From NCBI GenBank assembly GCA_964560225.1, contig CAZLLD010000005.1, forward strand, positions 5,223-69,222: DNA of 64,000 nt, given 5' to 3'. Within the stretch, counting starts at the first letter, position 1; every line of letters starts with the position of its first letter. Of the stretch, positions 41,366 through 50,504 are shown one piece after another. The notes beneath the pieces are model-generated. The model was not told the origin of the DNA and searched no databases. It saw only the letters and a list, made by a program, of their open reading frames with translations. Made by a program: the position numbers and the translations under genes. Origin of the DNA: an uncultured Bacteroidales bacterium. Its GTDB lineage: Bacteria; Bacteroidota; Bacteroidia; Bacteroidales; UBA10428.

Positions 41366-41488
41366 TAAACATGATCATAACCTGGTAACACTTGTGGAGG
41401 TTTCATAAAAAAAGCAAAATTAACACTTTTTTATACTTCGACATTTCAGATAATTATGCTGGTTGATATACAGTAAATCAGAATTAAT

Positions 41489-41496
41489 TAACTTTG
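41489..41496 (+). promoter_or_regulatory. Candidate -7 promoter box TAACTTTG
   Basis: Matches TAnnTTTG, 29 nt upstream of the ATG at 41525. Confidence 0.35.
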
Positions 41497-41524
41497 TACA
41501 TCATTTGAATTTTTGAGGCTTGTC

Positions 41525-42556
41525 ATGATTAAAAAGGTTCTGAACGTATTAAAATATCTGGTATTTTTTGGAATAGGGGTATTGGTTTTCTGGTGGGTAT
41601 ACAAGGATGAACCTTTTGATAGATATAAGTCTGCATTCAAAGATCTGAACTACTTCTGGATTATTCTGTCGATTTTTTTCAGTGTATTGTCACAGATTAG
41701 CCGGGCCATGAGGTGGAATATGCTTATCAGGCCGCTGGGTTACAAACCCAAATTGTATAATTCCTACCTGTCTGTTTTAATCCTGTATTTTGTTAACCTG
41801 ATTTTACCGCGGGCAGGTGAAGTATTCAGGTGTACCATTATGAGCCGATATGAGAAGATCCCATTTGTTAAGCTCGCCGGCACTGTTTTTGTTGAACGAA
41901 TGGCTGATTTCATTACCCTGATGGTTCTGGCTGTTATTATCATCCTCAGCCAGTTTGGCGTATTCATGTCGTTTTTCGACACGCATGCTGAGATGAAAGA
42001 AAACCTATACAAGCTGATTTCCCTTAGAAATATACTGATCGGAATCACTGTTGTACTTTTGCTTATTTTGGCATTCTTCCTTTTCAACCACTATTATAAA
42101 AAAAACAAGGGTGACCAGGGAAATACATTGATAAAAAAGATACGGCATATTAAACAGAATTTTTTTGAGGGGCTGAAATCCATTGCCATGCTCGAGAACA
42201 AATGGTTATTCATAGGTCATACGCTCTTCATCTTCGTGATGTGGCTTTTCATGCTTTATGTGATTTTTCTGGCTTTTGAGCCAACCTCGCACCTGTCAAT
42301 CCAGACCGGCATGATCACCTTTTTGATGGGAGGCCTTGCCATGCTGGCTCCGGTTCAGGGGGGCATCGGACCATGGCACTTTATGGTTTATGAAACACTT
42401 TTTATTTATGGCGTTGATAAGGTTGACGGTAAGGTATTTGCATTGATTGCCCATTCATGTACCAACCTGATTTATATCTTTCTCGGACTGGCTGCTTTGC
42501 TGATCATACCCATTGTTAATCATTCATCGAAGAAACTCTCATCACACGATATGTGA
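41525..42556 (+). CDS. Lysylphosphatidylglycerol-synthase-TM-region-like (UPF0104, flippase-like) membrane protein
   Basis: About 343 aa, polytopic. Motif RAMRWNMLI...LPRAGEVFRC is typical of the LPG_synthase_TM family. The track start at 41513 is TTG, so the ATG at 41525 is preferred. Confidence 0.6.
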   Translation: MIKKVLNVLKYLVFFGIGVLVFWWVYKDEPFDRYKSAFKDLNYFWIILSIFFSVLSQISRAMRWNMLIRPLGYKPKLYNSYLSVLILYFVNLILPRAGEVFRCTIMSRYEKIPFVKLAGTVFVERMADFITLMVLAVIIILSQFGVFMSFFDTHAEMKENLYKLISLRNILIGITVVLLLILAFFLFNHYYKKNKGDQGNTLIKKIRHIKQNFFEGLKSIAMLENKWLFIGHTLFIFVMWLFMLYVIFLAFEPTSHLSIQTGMITFLMGGLAMLAPVQGGIGPWHFMVYETLFIYGVDKVDGKVFALIAHSCTNLIYIFLGLAALLIIPIVNHSSKKLSSHDM

Positions 42557-42568
42557 AGCTGACCGAAG

Positions 42569-45133
42569 TTACTCCACCCTGAAGTGATATGTTCCTTCAA
42601 TAGTTTTACCGGTTGCATCAACTCCGATTAACTGACATTCATAGATTCCTTTGACATCTGAGGTGTAGAATTTAATCAGTAAAGGATTGCCGGAGTTCAT
42701 AGTAAGGTCTGAATTCCAATATAGCGTTTTACGGTTATCAACAGAATTAGTGGTTTCCAGAGTATAATCAGGAGAATAAAACTCTTTTTCCTTGTACAAA
42801 GCGTCTGTACCAAATTGAAATGTAGGTTGCCTGTACCTGTACTTACCCTGAATGGTACTAATCTCAATTACACTTACAAAACTCAGTGAAGTATATTTTT
42901 GTACATCAACAGGTGATGTAGAAATTCTGATCTTTGTGATATCTGAGGGTGATAGTTTTTCGAGTACAGAAATGTGATTTCCCCACAATGATCCATCAAT
43001 GGCAATAATAACACCTTTTGAATCCTTGCCGCCCTGCTCGTTATCAAATACTATCCTGCCGTGAATCACATGATAGGGTTTAATATCCTGGATGATATCA
43101 GGCACATTCTTGTAATTGGCATAATGATTCGGATCATACTTTTTTCCATGATCTGCAACAGACCTGAATTTACCGGGCCCGTACCTTAATACGTAAATCA
43201 GATCAGGTTCTCCATATGACAGGATATCAGAAGTTTTCTGCATTAGCTTGTTTTCGGTTTCTGCAATAAGTGCCGCTTTTAATCTATCGGAATAATCCTG
43301 ATCAAAAACAGCAGTCAGGCTGGTTTTCCCGAAGGCGTCATAGGCATTCACATTGAGGTATTTGAAATCGATCAGGTCAGATCCGAAGCCAACTCTGAAT
43401 TCACCTTTCCCATCTGACTGGGTTTCATATGTACGATAGTTCGGGATGTGTGTAACCCTGATCTTTGCATTTTCAGAAATATTTTCCTTTTTGTCCACAA
43501 CTTTTCCTATCAGCCCGTCTATTCGCTTATAAGGTTTGCGGTTGTTATTGTCTGTAAGAACATCCTCCCAATTCACGGGTTTATATTGCGTTGTTATCAG
43601 ATCAATATCTTCGGTCAGGTCGGAATTTTTTGGAAAAGCAACGCCCTCCTGGCAGAAATATGTATTAAGAAATGAAGTGAAACTCGTGTTCTGTGAATTG
43701 TAAGAAAGGTTATGCAACGCCACCGATAAGGCAAGGTTAATGTTTGAAAGGCCTTTCGGGCAATTAATCATCAGAGTAACGCGCTGCCGGTTTTTATAAA
43801 CTGGTAAATCCGATTTGATGCTGAATTTGCCTGATTTTTCACCGATTCTAACCAAACGGTCAGCCCAGGGCTTATAATCCTGGTTAAAAACTGTAACCTG
43901 TAGTAAACCTTCGGGAAAATCCTTCACCGACAGGCTTACGATTTTGGTCCTGAACAGATCAACAACTTGATTCCAAACAACCTGACCATTCATTACGGCA
44001 ACCCAATTTGTTACTTGAGTATACTGATCAGAGACAAGTACCTGAAACTTTAAGGAATCAGCTGATTGTTCCAGAAGCCTGATTACAAAACCCTTTTTTT
44101 CCGCCATTGGAAGCGCATATTTCTTATGAATGTCTGCTGGTTCAGTTATTTCTAAATAACAGGTATCTTCTGAAGGAACATAATTGAACATGCATTTGCC
44201 GTTAACTTCAGTTTTCAGGCTTTGTAGTGTATTGCCGTTATGATCTACAATTATTCCCGTGATCCTGGCCGGCAGGCCCGTTTTGTTGAAAACGTGAACA
44301 GACATATTGCATTCCAATCCCTGTACCAGTCTTCCTCCTTCTGCCTGAAATAAAACAACCGGTTCAGAAGTAACTGTGGGTATTGCAACTGCATAGTCGC
44401 CTGATATTTTTCTGTTCCGGATGGCAACAGAAAGCATCAACGATTCCTTGGTTTCAGGGATTACCCCGTTTACTGATGCACACCCAGCTGCATCTGTTGT
44501 TCCATCACCTTTATATTTGCTTTCACTGTATGAGCCAATTGAGAATACAAAATCAGTATTAGCAATTGGTTTGCCAGTTTGATCAACTATTCGGATATCG
44601 GCTTTTAGGGTATCGCTGGAGTAATATACATCCTGGTTGAAAGCAATCTCAAAAGAAAATCTTTTTTCATAATACTTGCTTACTAGAATCTCTTTTCTGA
44701 AGGCTTCTTCCGGACAATTGTTCTTCATCCATCCGGTATATGCTACAAGCCAGTATTTTCCAGGTATTGTTGATTTCGGAATGATCAAGCGACCTGACGA
44801 CATGTTATTGTCAAGCGGATACCTGCGATAAACTACTTCCTGCCCATTGCTATTAATTAATTTAATAAATAAGTCTTCACTATTTACCTGTGTTTCCATG
44901 CTGTTTGAGCCAACAAATCCTTTGAACCATAGTTCCTCACCTGGCCGGTAAGCAAATCTGTCAGTCATCAGGAATGCTTTTTCCATGAGGAAATTTCTGT
45001 TATATAACCGTAGTTTTTCTTTTAGTTCATCAACAAAAGAACTAGTGTGATGATTCATACCCATACCGGATACGAAACCAATCATGACGACAGGTAAAAA
45101 CCTCAATACCAGGTTAATTTGGGTTTTTGTCAT
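42569..45133 (-). CDS. Large envelope protein with an MG2-like N-terminal domain, an internal CarboxypepD_reg-like domain and a Plug-like segment, but no TonB-dependent barrel
   Basis: 854 aa with an N-terminal hydrophobic anchor. MG2-like DRFAYRPGEELWFKGF, CarboxypepD_reg-like IGKVVDKKENISENAKIRVTHI...TQSDGKGEFRVGF, and Plug-like GVIIAIDGSLWG...LSPSDITKIRISTSP...VIEISTIQG. C-terminal segment TLYWNSDLTMNSGNPLLIKFYTSDVKGIYECQLIGVD. Confidence 0.5.
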   Translation of the reverse strand: MTKTQINLVLRFLPVVMIGFVSGMGMNHHTSSFVDELKEKLRLYNRNFLMEKAFLMTDRFAYRPGEELWFKGFVGSNSMETQVNSEDLFIKLINSNGQEVVYRRYPLDNNMSSGRLIIPKSTIPGKYWLVAYTGWMKNNCPEEAFRKEILVSKYYEKRFSFEIAFNQDVYYSSDTLKADIRIVDQTGKPIANTDFVFSIGSYSESKYKGDGTTDAAGCASVNGVIPETKESLMLSVAIRNRKISGDYAVAIPTVTSEPVVLFQAEGGRLVQGLECNMSVHVFNKTGLPARITGIIVDHNGNTLQSLKTEVNGKCMFNYVPSEDTCYLEITEPADIHKKYALPMAEKKGFVIRLLEQSADSLKFQVLVSDQYTQVTNWVAVMNGQVVWNQVVDLFRTKIVSLSVKDFPEGLLQVTVFNQDYKPWADRLVRIGEKSGKFSIKSDLPVYKNRQRVTLMINCPKGLSNINLALSVALHNLSYNSQNTSFTSFLNTYFCQEGVAFPKNSDLTEDIDLITTQYKPVNWEDVLTDNNNRKPYKRIDGLIGKVVDKKENISENAKIRVTHIPNYRTYETQSDGKGEFRVGFGSDLIDFKYLNVNAYDAFGKTSLTAVFDQDYSDRLKAALIAETENKLMQKTSDILSYGEPDLIYVLRYGPGKFRSVADHGKKYDPNHYANYKNVPDIIQDIKPYHVIHGRIVFDNEQGGKDSKGVIIAIDGSLWGNHISVLEKLSPSDITKIRISTSPVDVQKYTSLSFVSVIEISTIQGKYRYRQPTFQFGTDALYKEKEFYSPDYTLETTNSVDNRKTLYWNSDLTMNSGNPLLIKFYTSDVKGIYECQLIGVDATGKTIEGTYHFRVE

Positions 45134-45156
45134 AGTAATGATCTATTTTTTCAGAA

Positions 45157-46800
45157 CTAATTATCATCTTTTTTCATACTTTCATCTTGTTCGTCGTCCT
45201 TTGATTCTTTCACCCGATAACTATCCGACTCCTTTTCCTCCTCAATTTTTATTGATCTGATTTCCTGATCTGAAAAGATGTTGTTTTTTCTGTTGAATCG
45301 AACAATGGCTTTTTCAATTGGTTCTTCGGGTATGATGATATTTTCATCGCCCCAGAAAGTCAGGTCGGTTTCTCCAATCTGGTCCACCAGCACATCTCTT
45401 GGTCTTGAAATTTCATCAGCTTTGAATCGTGCAATATTTGAAGTATCCTTACTGGTAATCACAAATTCAGATACCGAAGTAAATATGGAGTTGAACTTGT
45501 TCATTTCCTTATCTTTCTTTCGTCTGACACGAATCGACAATTCACTGCGAACATTGTTGAGGTTCCATTTGCCGTGATATAACCTGTAAAAAACCTGATA
45601 ACTAGCTTGCATTGGCTTTACACCAATTCGTCGCGGAGATTTCTTCACATATAAACCTTCAGTATAGCTCATTTCTTTTTCTGAAAGTTCAAAAAAGGCA
45701 CCAACTATTGCAAGTGTCTCAACATCAATATATAGTTTCCCTTTGTAACATGGATATTTGACACCTTCACGTTGTTTGAATGCAATAATATAGGTAGGTC
45801 TTTCCAGATGGGATAGAGTTTTTTCAAGACTGTACTGATATAAGGCAAAATAATCTGCATCCAGAAATGTGGGTCTGTTCTTGACAATATCAAGCTGCAG
45901 CGAATTGTAGAGACTCCCCTGTACCACTACATCCACAAGCTCTTTGGCAACAAGATTATCACCTTTTCTTCCTTTGAATATTTTGATCTGGTCTTCTCTT
46001 GTGGAGGTGTATGGTTCTTTAAAAACATCGATGATGGCCTCGGATAGTGAAACATTTTTTTTATCCTGTTGTGTGGATTCTCTAATAAATCCTTTGTAAA
46101 TAGCGGGCTTGCAATCATAGTTAACAGAAATGGACTCGATGGCTTTGGTCAGAATGTAAATCGGATCAAGTGGCTTAACAACAACCTCGCTGATCTGAAC
46201 CTTATCGGAAGATAACCTGATGACCAGCGCTGACGTATCTATTGAAGATAACGGTATGGTCACCATTTTGTACCCGATATGAGAAATGCCCAGGGTATCT
46301 CCGGATTCATCTGTATGGATTTTCAGGTCGAACCTTCCTGTCTGATTTGTAATAGTACCGGTGCTTTTATCACTCAAAAAAACGCTGGAATAAGGCAAGG
46401 GCTGTCTGGTTCTTCCATCAATAACAAGGCCTTTAATTGACCTGACATGGGTAACGGTTTTTGTTTTTCTATATAAGGGAATCAGCAGAATTTTGTTGTT
46501 TTGCTCCAGAATCTGAATGCTGTCAAATTGGAAAATATCAGCAAGATGATTTTTGACCGATTGTCTTTTGTGCAACACCGAGGCAAAACGTTGTGACTGA
46601 ATCTGGGATGTATAGGTAAAAGAAAATTTACCTTTTCGTGCAATTTCTTTTAAAAGTTGATCAATTTGTCCGGTTGTTTGTGATAAATGAACATCCCTCT
46701 CAAGCACGCTCATCTGAGCCTGCATGGACAATCCCGTAAATAAAAGAAGTGTATAAATGAAAACGGGAATGCGACATCGGTTTCTTTCCCGAAATCTCAT
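45157..46800 (-). CDS. STN-like plus CarboxypepD_reg-domain protein without plug or barrel, with an acidic C-terminal tail
   Basis: 547 aa with a signal peptide. STN-like VHLSQTTGQIDQLLKEIARKGKFSFTYTSQ...SVKNHLADIF....ILEQNNKILLIP. CarboxypepD_reg IKGLVIDGRTRQPLPYSSVFLSDKSTGTITNQTGRFDLKI. It lies 12 nt downstream of fecR. Confidence 0.6.
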   Translation of the reverse strand: MRFRERNRCRIPVFIYTLLLFTGLSMQAQMSVLERDVHLSQTTGQIDQLLKEIARKGKFSFTYTSQIQSQRFASVLHKRQSVKNHLADIFQFDSIQILEQNNKILLIPLYRKTKTVTHVRSIKGLVIDGRTRQPLPYSSVFLSDKSTGTITNQTGRFDLKIHTDESGDTLGISHIGYKMVTIPLSSIDTSALVIRLSSDKVQISEVVVKPLDPIYILTKAIESISVNYDCKPAIYKGFIRESTQQDKKNVSLSEAIIDVFKEPYTSTREDQIKIFKGRKGDNLVAKELVDVVVQGSLYNSLQLDIVKNRPTFLDADYFALYQYSLEKTLSHLERPTYIIAFKQREGVKYPCYKGKLYIDVETLAIVGAFFELSEKEMSYTEGLYVKKSPRRIGVKPMQASYQVFYRLYHGKWNLNNVRSELSIRVRRKKDKEMNKFNSIFTSVSEFVITSKDTSNIARFKADEISRPRDVLVDQIGETDLTFWGDENIIIPEEPIEKAIVRFNRKNNIFSDQEIRSIKIEEEKESDSYRVKESKDDEQDESMKKDDN

Positions 46801-46812
46801 ATTCAGAAATTT

Positions 46813-47808
46813 CTACTTTCTGACTATGAGTGTCATCCCAGTAGTGTCAAACTGCAATCCTGCTACCAGTTTTAACTCGTTGAGAATTTCCCCAAGTGGT
46901 TGGTTCTGAAATTCAGCAGTAATTTCATCCTTGAGTGCATTCTCCAAAGCAAGGGTACGGCCAAAGTGATGTGCTATATCCATGAGTGCAGAATCAAGAG
47001 GCGTCTGATTAAAAACCAGGTGACCGGTTTTCCATGAAAGAACATTTGCAGAAACTCCTTCTTCAACTTTCAATTCGTTATTTTTCAGTATATACCCTGA
47101 TTGATTGGCTGCTATGCAAATTTTCTTCTGGTCTCCGGCATTGGAAGACAATTCCACCTTACCTGTCAAAACAGATACCTTGACTGATCCATCACTGGTT
47201 TCAGAAACTGAAAAACTGGTACCTGTAACTTTAACAACAGATGAGCCCACGAAAACCTGAAACGGAATAGCTAAACCCGATACAACATTGAAAAGCGCTT
47301 CTCCTTCAAGAATTAATTCTCGCGTTTCGGTTCCAAAATCACTCCGATAAGATATTCGCGATCCTTTGTTTAGGGTCACACTCGAACCATCAGGCAAAAT
47401 AATTTCTCTGAACAACTGATCTGCATTCTCAGAAATAAAATCCGTATTTTCTTTGCTATTTGTGCTGGTCAACAAATGGTAAAGGCCATAAGAAAGCCCG
47501 GCAGTGAAAATCACCAGTGCAGCAATTCTTAAAAAATAGCCATGCCAGGATATCTTCCGATAATTTACAGGCAATTTGCCGGTCAATCTTTCGTTTACCA
47601 GCTTCCAGTCTGCATCTGTGTTAATGCTTTCAAATATATGCAGATTGGTGGCATGCTCCCTGATCATGTTTGAAAAATCATCAGGTTCTCCAGCAATGAT
47701 ACCCTGCAATTTATCTTCCACATCCGGGACAACAACCTTACCTATATTTTTTTTGAAGTAATGATTAGGCATTTTACCTTTTTTCATACTGAATCGTTTA
47801 TAAGACAT
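46813..47808 (-). CDS. FecR-family anti-sigma factor / sensor
   Basis: 331 aa. Single transmembrane helix (FLRIAALVIFTAGLSYGLY). FecR domain ILPDGSSVTLNKGSRISY...RELILEGEALFNV, and a C-terminal DUF4974-like segment. Confidence 0.85.
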   Translation of the reverse strand: MSYKRFSMKKGKMPNHYFKKNIGKVVVPDVEDKLQGIIAGEPDDFSNMIREHATNLHIFESINTDADWKLVNERLTGKLPVNYRKISWHGYFLRIAALVIFTAGLSYGLYHLLTSTNSKENTDFISENADQLFREIILPDGSSVTLNKGSRISYRSDFGTETRELILEGEALFNVVSGLAIPFQVFVGSSVVKVTGTSFSVSETSDGSVKVSVLTGKVELSSNAGDQKKICIAANQSGYILKNNELKVEEGVSANVLSWKTGHLVFNQTPLDSALMDIAHHFGRTLALENALKDEITAEFQNQPLGEILNELKLVAGLQFDTTGMTLIVRK

Positions 47809-47904
47809 TTAACTGTCAAAATTCACTTATAGTTATTAATATCTTCTTTGATAATATTTTAGCAAATTATTTAATATCAATTAATTAACAAGAATTAAAA
47901 ATCC

Positions 47905-48459
47905 TTACATGGCGGAGCTTTCAGGAATGTAATCCGTCAGCTCTTTCCTGAGAATTTTCAAAGCCTTGCTAATCTGGGTTTCTACTGTTCGCTTCGAAAG
48001 GTTTAACTGCTTTGCAATCTCCTCATTCCTGAGGCCTTCAAGCCTATTCATTTTGAAAATCTGCCGGCACTTGGGTGGTAAACCATTAATTATCTTATCG
48101 ATCCGATATTCAAGTTCAATTGTGTTGATCTCTGCTTCCATGTTTTCCTCATGATCACGCTCGAGTTCAATAGTTTTCAGGTGTCGGTCCTGGATGTTTT
48201 TCTGATTTAAATAATTAATGCAGCAATTGTAAACAGATCGGTACAGATATGATTTTAATGATATGCCGATACTCAAGGAATCGCGTTTCTCATAAAATCG
48301 CACGAAGAAGTCCTGAACAACTTCACGAGCAATATCAATACTGGTCACATATTTACAGGCATAGACCACCAGTGGGGCATAAAATTGCCTGAAGATTTGC
48401 TCAAATACTTCCTTGCTTTTAAGCTCTTTGGCTAACAAGCTATTTTGAATAGGCTCCAA
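47905..48459 (-). CDS. ECF sigma-70 factor (FecI-like, Bacteroidota expansion type)
   Basis: 184 aa. Region 2 FEQIFRQFYAPLVVYACKYV...AREVVQDFFVRF and region 4 LEGLRNEEIAKQLNLSKRTVETQISKALKILR. Confidence 0.88.
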   Translation of the reverse strand: MEPIQNSLLAKELKSKEVFEQIFRQFYAPLVVYACKYVTSIDIAREVVQDFFVRFYEKRDSLSIGISLKSYLYRSVYNCCINYLNQKNIQDRHLKTIELERDHEENMEAEINTIELEYRIDKIINGLPPKCRQIFKMNRLEGLRNEEIAKQLNLSKRTVETQISKALKILRKELTDYIPESSAM

Positions 48460-48482
48460 TATGAAAGAAATTTGCTTTGGAA

Positions 48483-48490
48483 CAAATCTA
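48483..48490 (-). promoter_or_regulatory. Candidate -7 promoter box TAGATTTG for the ECF sigma gene
   Basis: Matches TAnnTTTG, 24 nt upstream of the ATG at 48459. Confidence 0.35.
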
Positions 48491-48535
48491 CAAAAAAGAG
48501 AAATAAATAACGGTCATATCATCAAAAGATGAATA

Positions 48536-48565
48536 TTTGTTTAACTGGTATGATTTGTATCTTTG
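48536..48565 (+). promoter_or_regulatory. Candidate Bacteroidota-type promoter for arfB: -33 TTTG (48536-48539) and -7 TATCTTTG (48558-48565)
   Basis: Both elements are present with an 18-nt spacer, 72 nt upstream of the ATG. Confidence 0.4.
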
Positions 48566-48636
48566 TCAAAAAGGCACAGGCATTGTAAAAACGGTTCATG
48601 AATCTGACGTATGCTCCAGGCAATTTAGAATAAGAC

Positions 48637-49065
48637 ATGTCAAATATTCAGAATAACATACTCACTGGTCGAAACTTTGATGTTGAACTTATTTTCAGTG
48701 CATCACGCAGTAGCGGTCCGGGTGGTCAACATGTTAACAAAGTCAGTACAAGGGTTGAACTCAGATTTGATGTGCCCTCTTCGAAATTACTGAATGATGA
48801 AGAAAAAATGATTATAATGACCAAACTGGCTGCCAGGATAACGAAAGAAGGTGTGCTGATACTTCATTCCCAGTCAGAACGATCTCAGAATGATAACAAA
48901 TCCAGGGTGACCGAGAATTTTTACAAATTAATTGTTAAGGCACTCACTCCGGTAAAAAAAAGAAAGCCAACCAAGCCAACCGCTGTATCAAAACAAAGGA
49001 GGCTTGAAACAAAGCGTAAACTGGCTGATAAAAAAAATCGCAGGAAGGTTCAGTTTGATGAATAA
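48637..49065 (+). CDS. arfB: Alternative ribosome-rescue factor ArfB (peptidyl-tRNA hydrolase, RF-1 domain)
   Basis: 142 aa. GGQ motif SSGPGGQHVNK and a basic C-terminal tail KKRKPTKPT...KKNRRK. Confidence 0.88.
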   Translation: MSNIQNNILTGRNFDVELIFSASRSSGPGGQHVNKVSTRVELRFDVPSSKLLNDEEKMIIMTKLAARITKEGVLILHSQSERSQNDNKSRVTENFYKLIVKALTPVKKRKPTKPTAVSKQRRLETKRKLADKKNRRKVQFDE

Positions 49066-49069
49066 CCTG

Positions 49070-50491
49070 TTACAGTTCCTCAATAGTGAAAATCTCATGT
49101 CTGTCGAAAGTAACCCAGTACCTGATGGCTTTATTGCGCACCAAATCCCAGTATATGTCACTGTCAAGTCCGTGAATCCGGCTTAACTCCTTTACTTCGG
49201 ATTCAACTTTGTTTCTGATTTCTGGTTTAAGAGCAATCCTGATCTTTCTGTTTAAGTAAGAAAAATCTGCTGTGGGAAGTTTCAGTGTGTCTGAGGCAAT
49301 ACGGATCAATCCGTGGCCCAGAGTGGCGCCTGTACTGATCTGCAAGCCATCATTCATGCAACTGAATGGAGGTGTCATGCCGGCGTGCGAAACAACGCTC
49401 ATTTCATCAACTCCGGCTCCGAAATACTCCCTGGCCCTGATACCCATTTTCACACCAATGATGGCATAAATACCCAGGTGCCGGTGCATTTCATTGGCCA
49501 TTACTCCGGCAGTCCATTCATCGTGTCCGTATTTTGCCAGCGCGGTTTCAACAATCGGCCTGATATCGCTCATATAAAACACAGTATCCATTGGAAAGTC
49601 ATCCAATACCTGATTGTGATTTTCAGTCTCACCGGTGAGAATCATACCAAAAGCTTCCTCTATTTTTAAGGTGGGTTGTGATTCCTTCAATATATAGTTC
49701 ATTCCATTTTCTATTGTATCGCATGCAAAGAGTTCCGGATAGTGAAGAAAAACGGGAATCACTTCATCATATAGGGTTGTTGAATAAGGTGTAACATTTA
49801 CCTGCAAGCTCCTGCTTACTTTTACCGCAAACGGATTATTGATTTGCGAAATAGACCGTACCAGCGCATCATCAAAGCGGTTCAACTGGCCGGAATGAAC
49901 TGTATGAATTGTAATTCCCGAGGCCAAAACTGAATCGGCAGACAGAACGTCCAGATTGTAGTTAAAACTGCCTTTTCTGATGTTCGCCTGGTTGCTCCAT
50001 AAAACTCTTTTAACCTGCTTGTTGAAGCCGGGACATTTGTTCCGGCATGACCAGACTGTATTAAGACTTCCAAGACAAATGAAAGTAACTGGTTCCTTTG
50101 TATATTTCAAAATTTCACTGATAACTTCATGTGCCGTGGGAGTTTGACTTGCAATTTCCTCACATTTTCCCCACTCCATTTGCATAGCTGGCATGCATTG
50201 CTGTGCTTTCACCCTGGGATCATGATTCACGCCAACCGGAATTCCCTGATGATGTAAATCACGAAGAAGAGCTTTAACTTTTTGACCACCTATACCTGCC
50301 TCCAACACACCATCAGAAGAAGTAATTGCCAATACTCTCACCTCGGCAGATGACAGCATCATAGAAATTGCGCGCAGATCATCCAAACCACAATCAGTAT
50401 CGATGATGACATAATTCTGAGGTTTCCAGGGATGAGCTGACAACTGAGCAACAAACAACACAGTTAGAAAAAACAAGGCTATTCTATTCAT
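49070..50491 (-). CDS. Secreted fusion protein: inosine-uridine nucleoside-hydrolase-like domain plus a C-terminal FmdE-like domain
   Basis: 473 aa. Signal peptide MNRIALFFLTVLFVAQLSA. IUNH fingerprint IIDTDCGLDDLRAI. FmdE-like HLGIYAIIGVKMGIRA...FSCMNDGLQISTGATLGHGLIRI. Confidence 0.55.
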   Translation of the reverse strand: MNRIALFFLTVLFVAQLSAHPWKPQNYVIIDTDCGLDDLRAISMMLSSAEVRVLAITSSDGVLEAGIGGQKVKALLRDLHHQGIPVGVNHDPRVKAQQCMPAMQMEWGKCEEIASQTPTAHEVISEILKYTKEPVTFICLGSLNTVWSCRNKCPGFNKQVKRVLWSNQANIRKGSFNYNLDVLSADSVLASGITIHTVHSGQLNRFDDALVRSISQINNPFAVKVSRSLQVNVTPYSTTLYDEVIPVFLHYPELFACDTIENGMNYILKESQPTLKIEEAFGMILTGETENHNQVLDDFPMDTVFYMSDIRPIVETALAKYGHDEWTAGVMANEMHRHLGIYAIIGVKMGIRAREYFGAGVDEMSVVSHAGMTPPFSCMNDGLQISTGATLGHGLIRIASDTLKLPTADFSYLNRKIRIALKPEIRNKVESEVKELSRIHGLDSDIYWDLVRNKAIRYWVTFDRHEIFTIEEL

Positions 50492-50504
50492 TTATCATTC
50501 CTAT

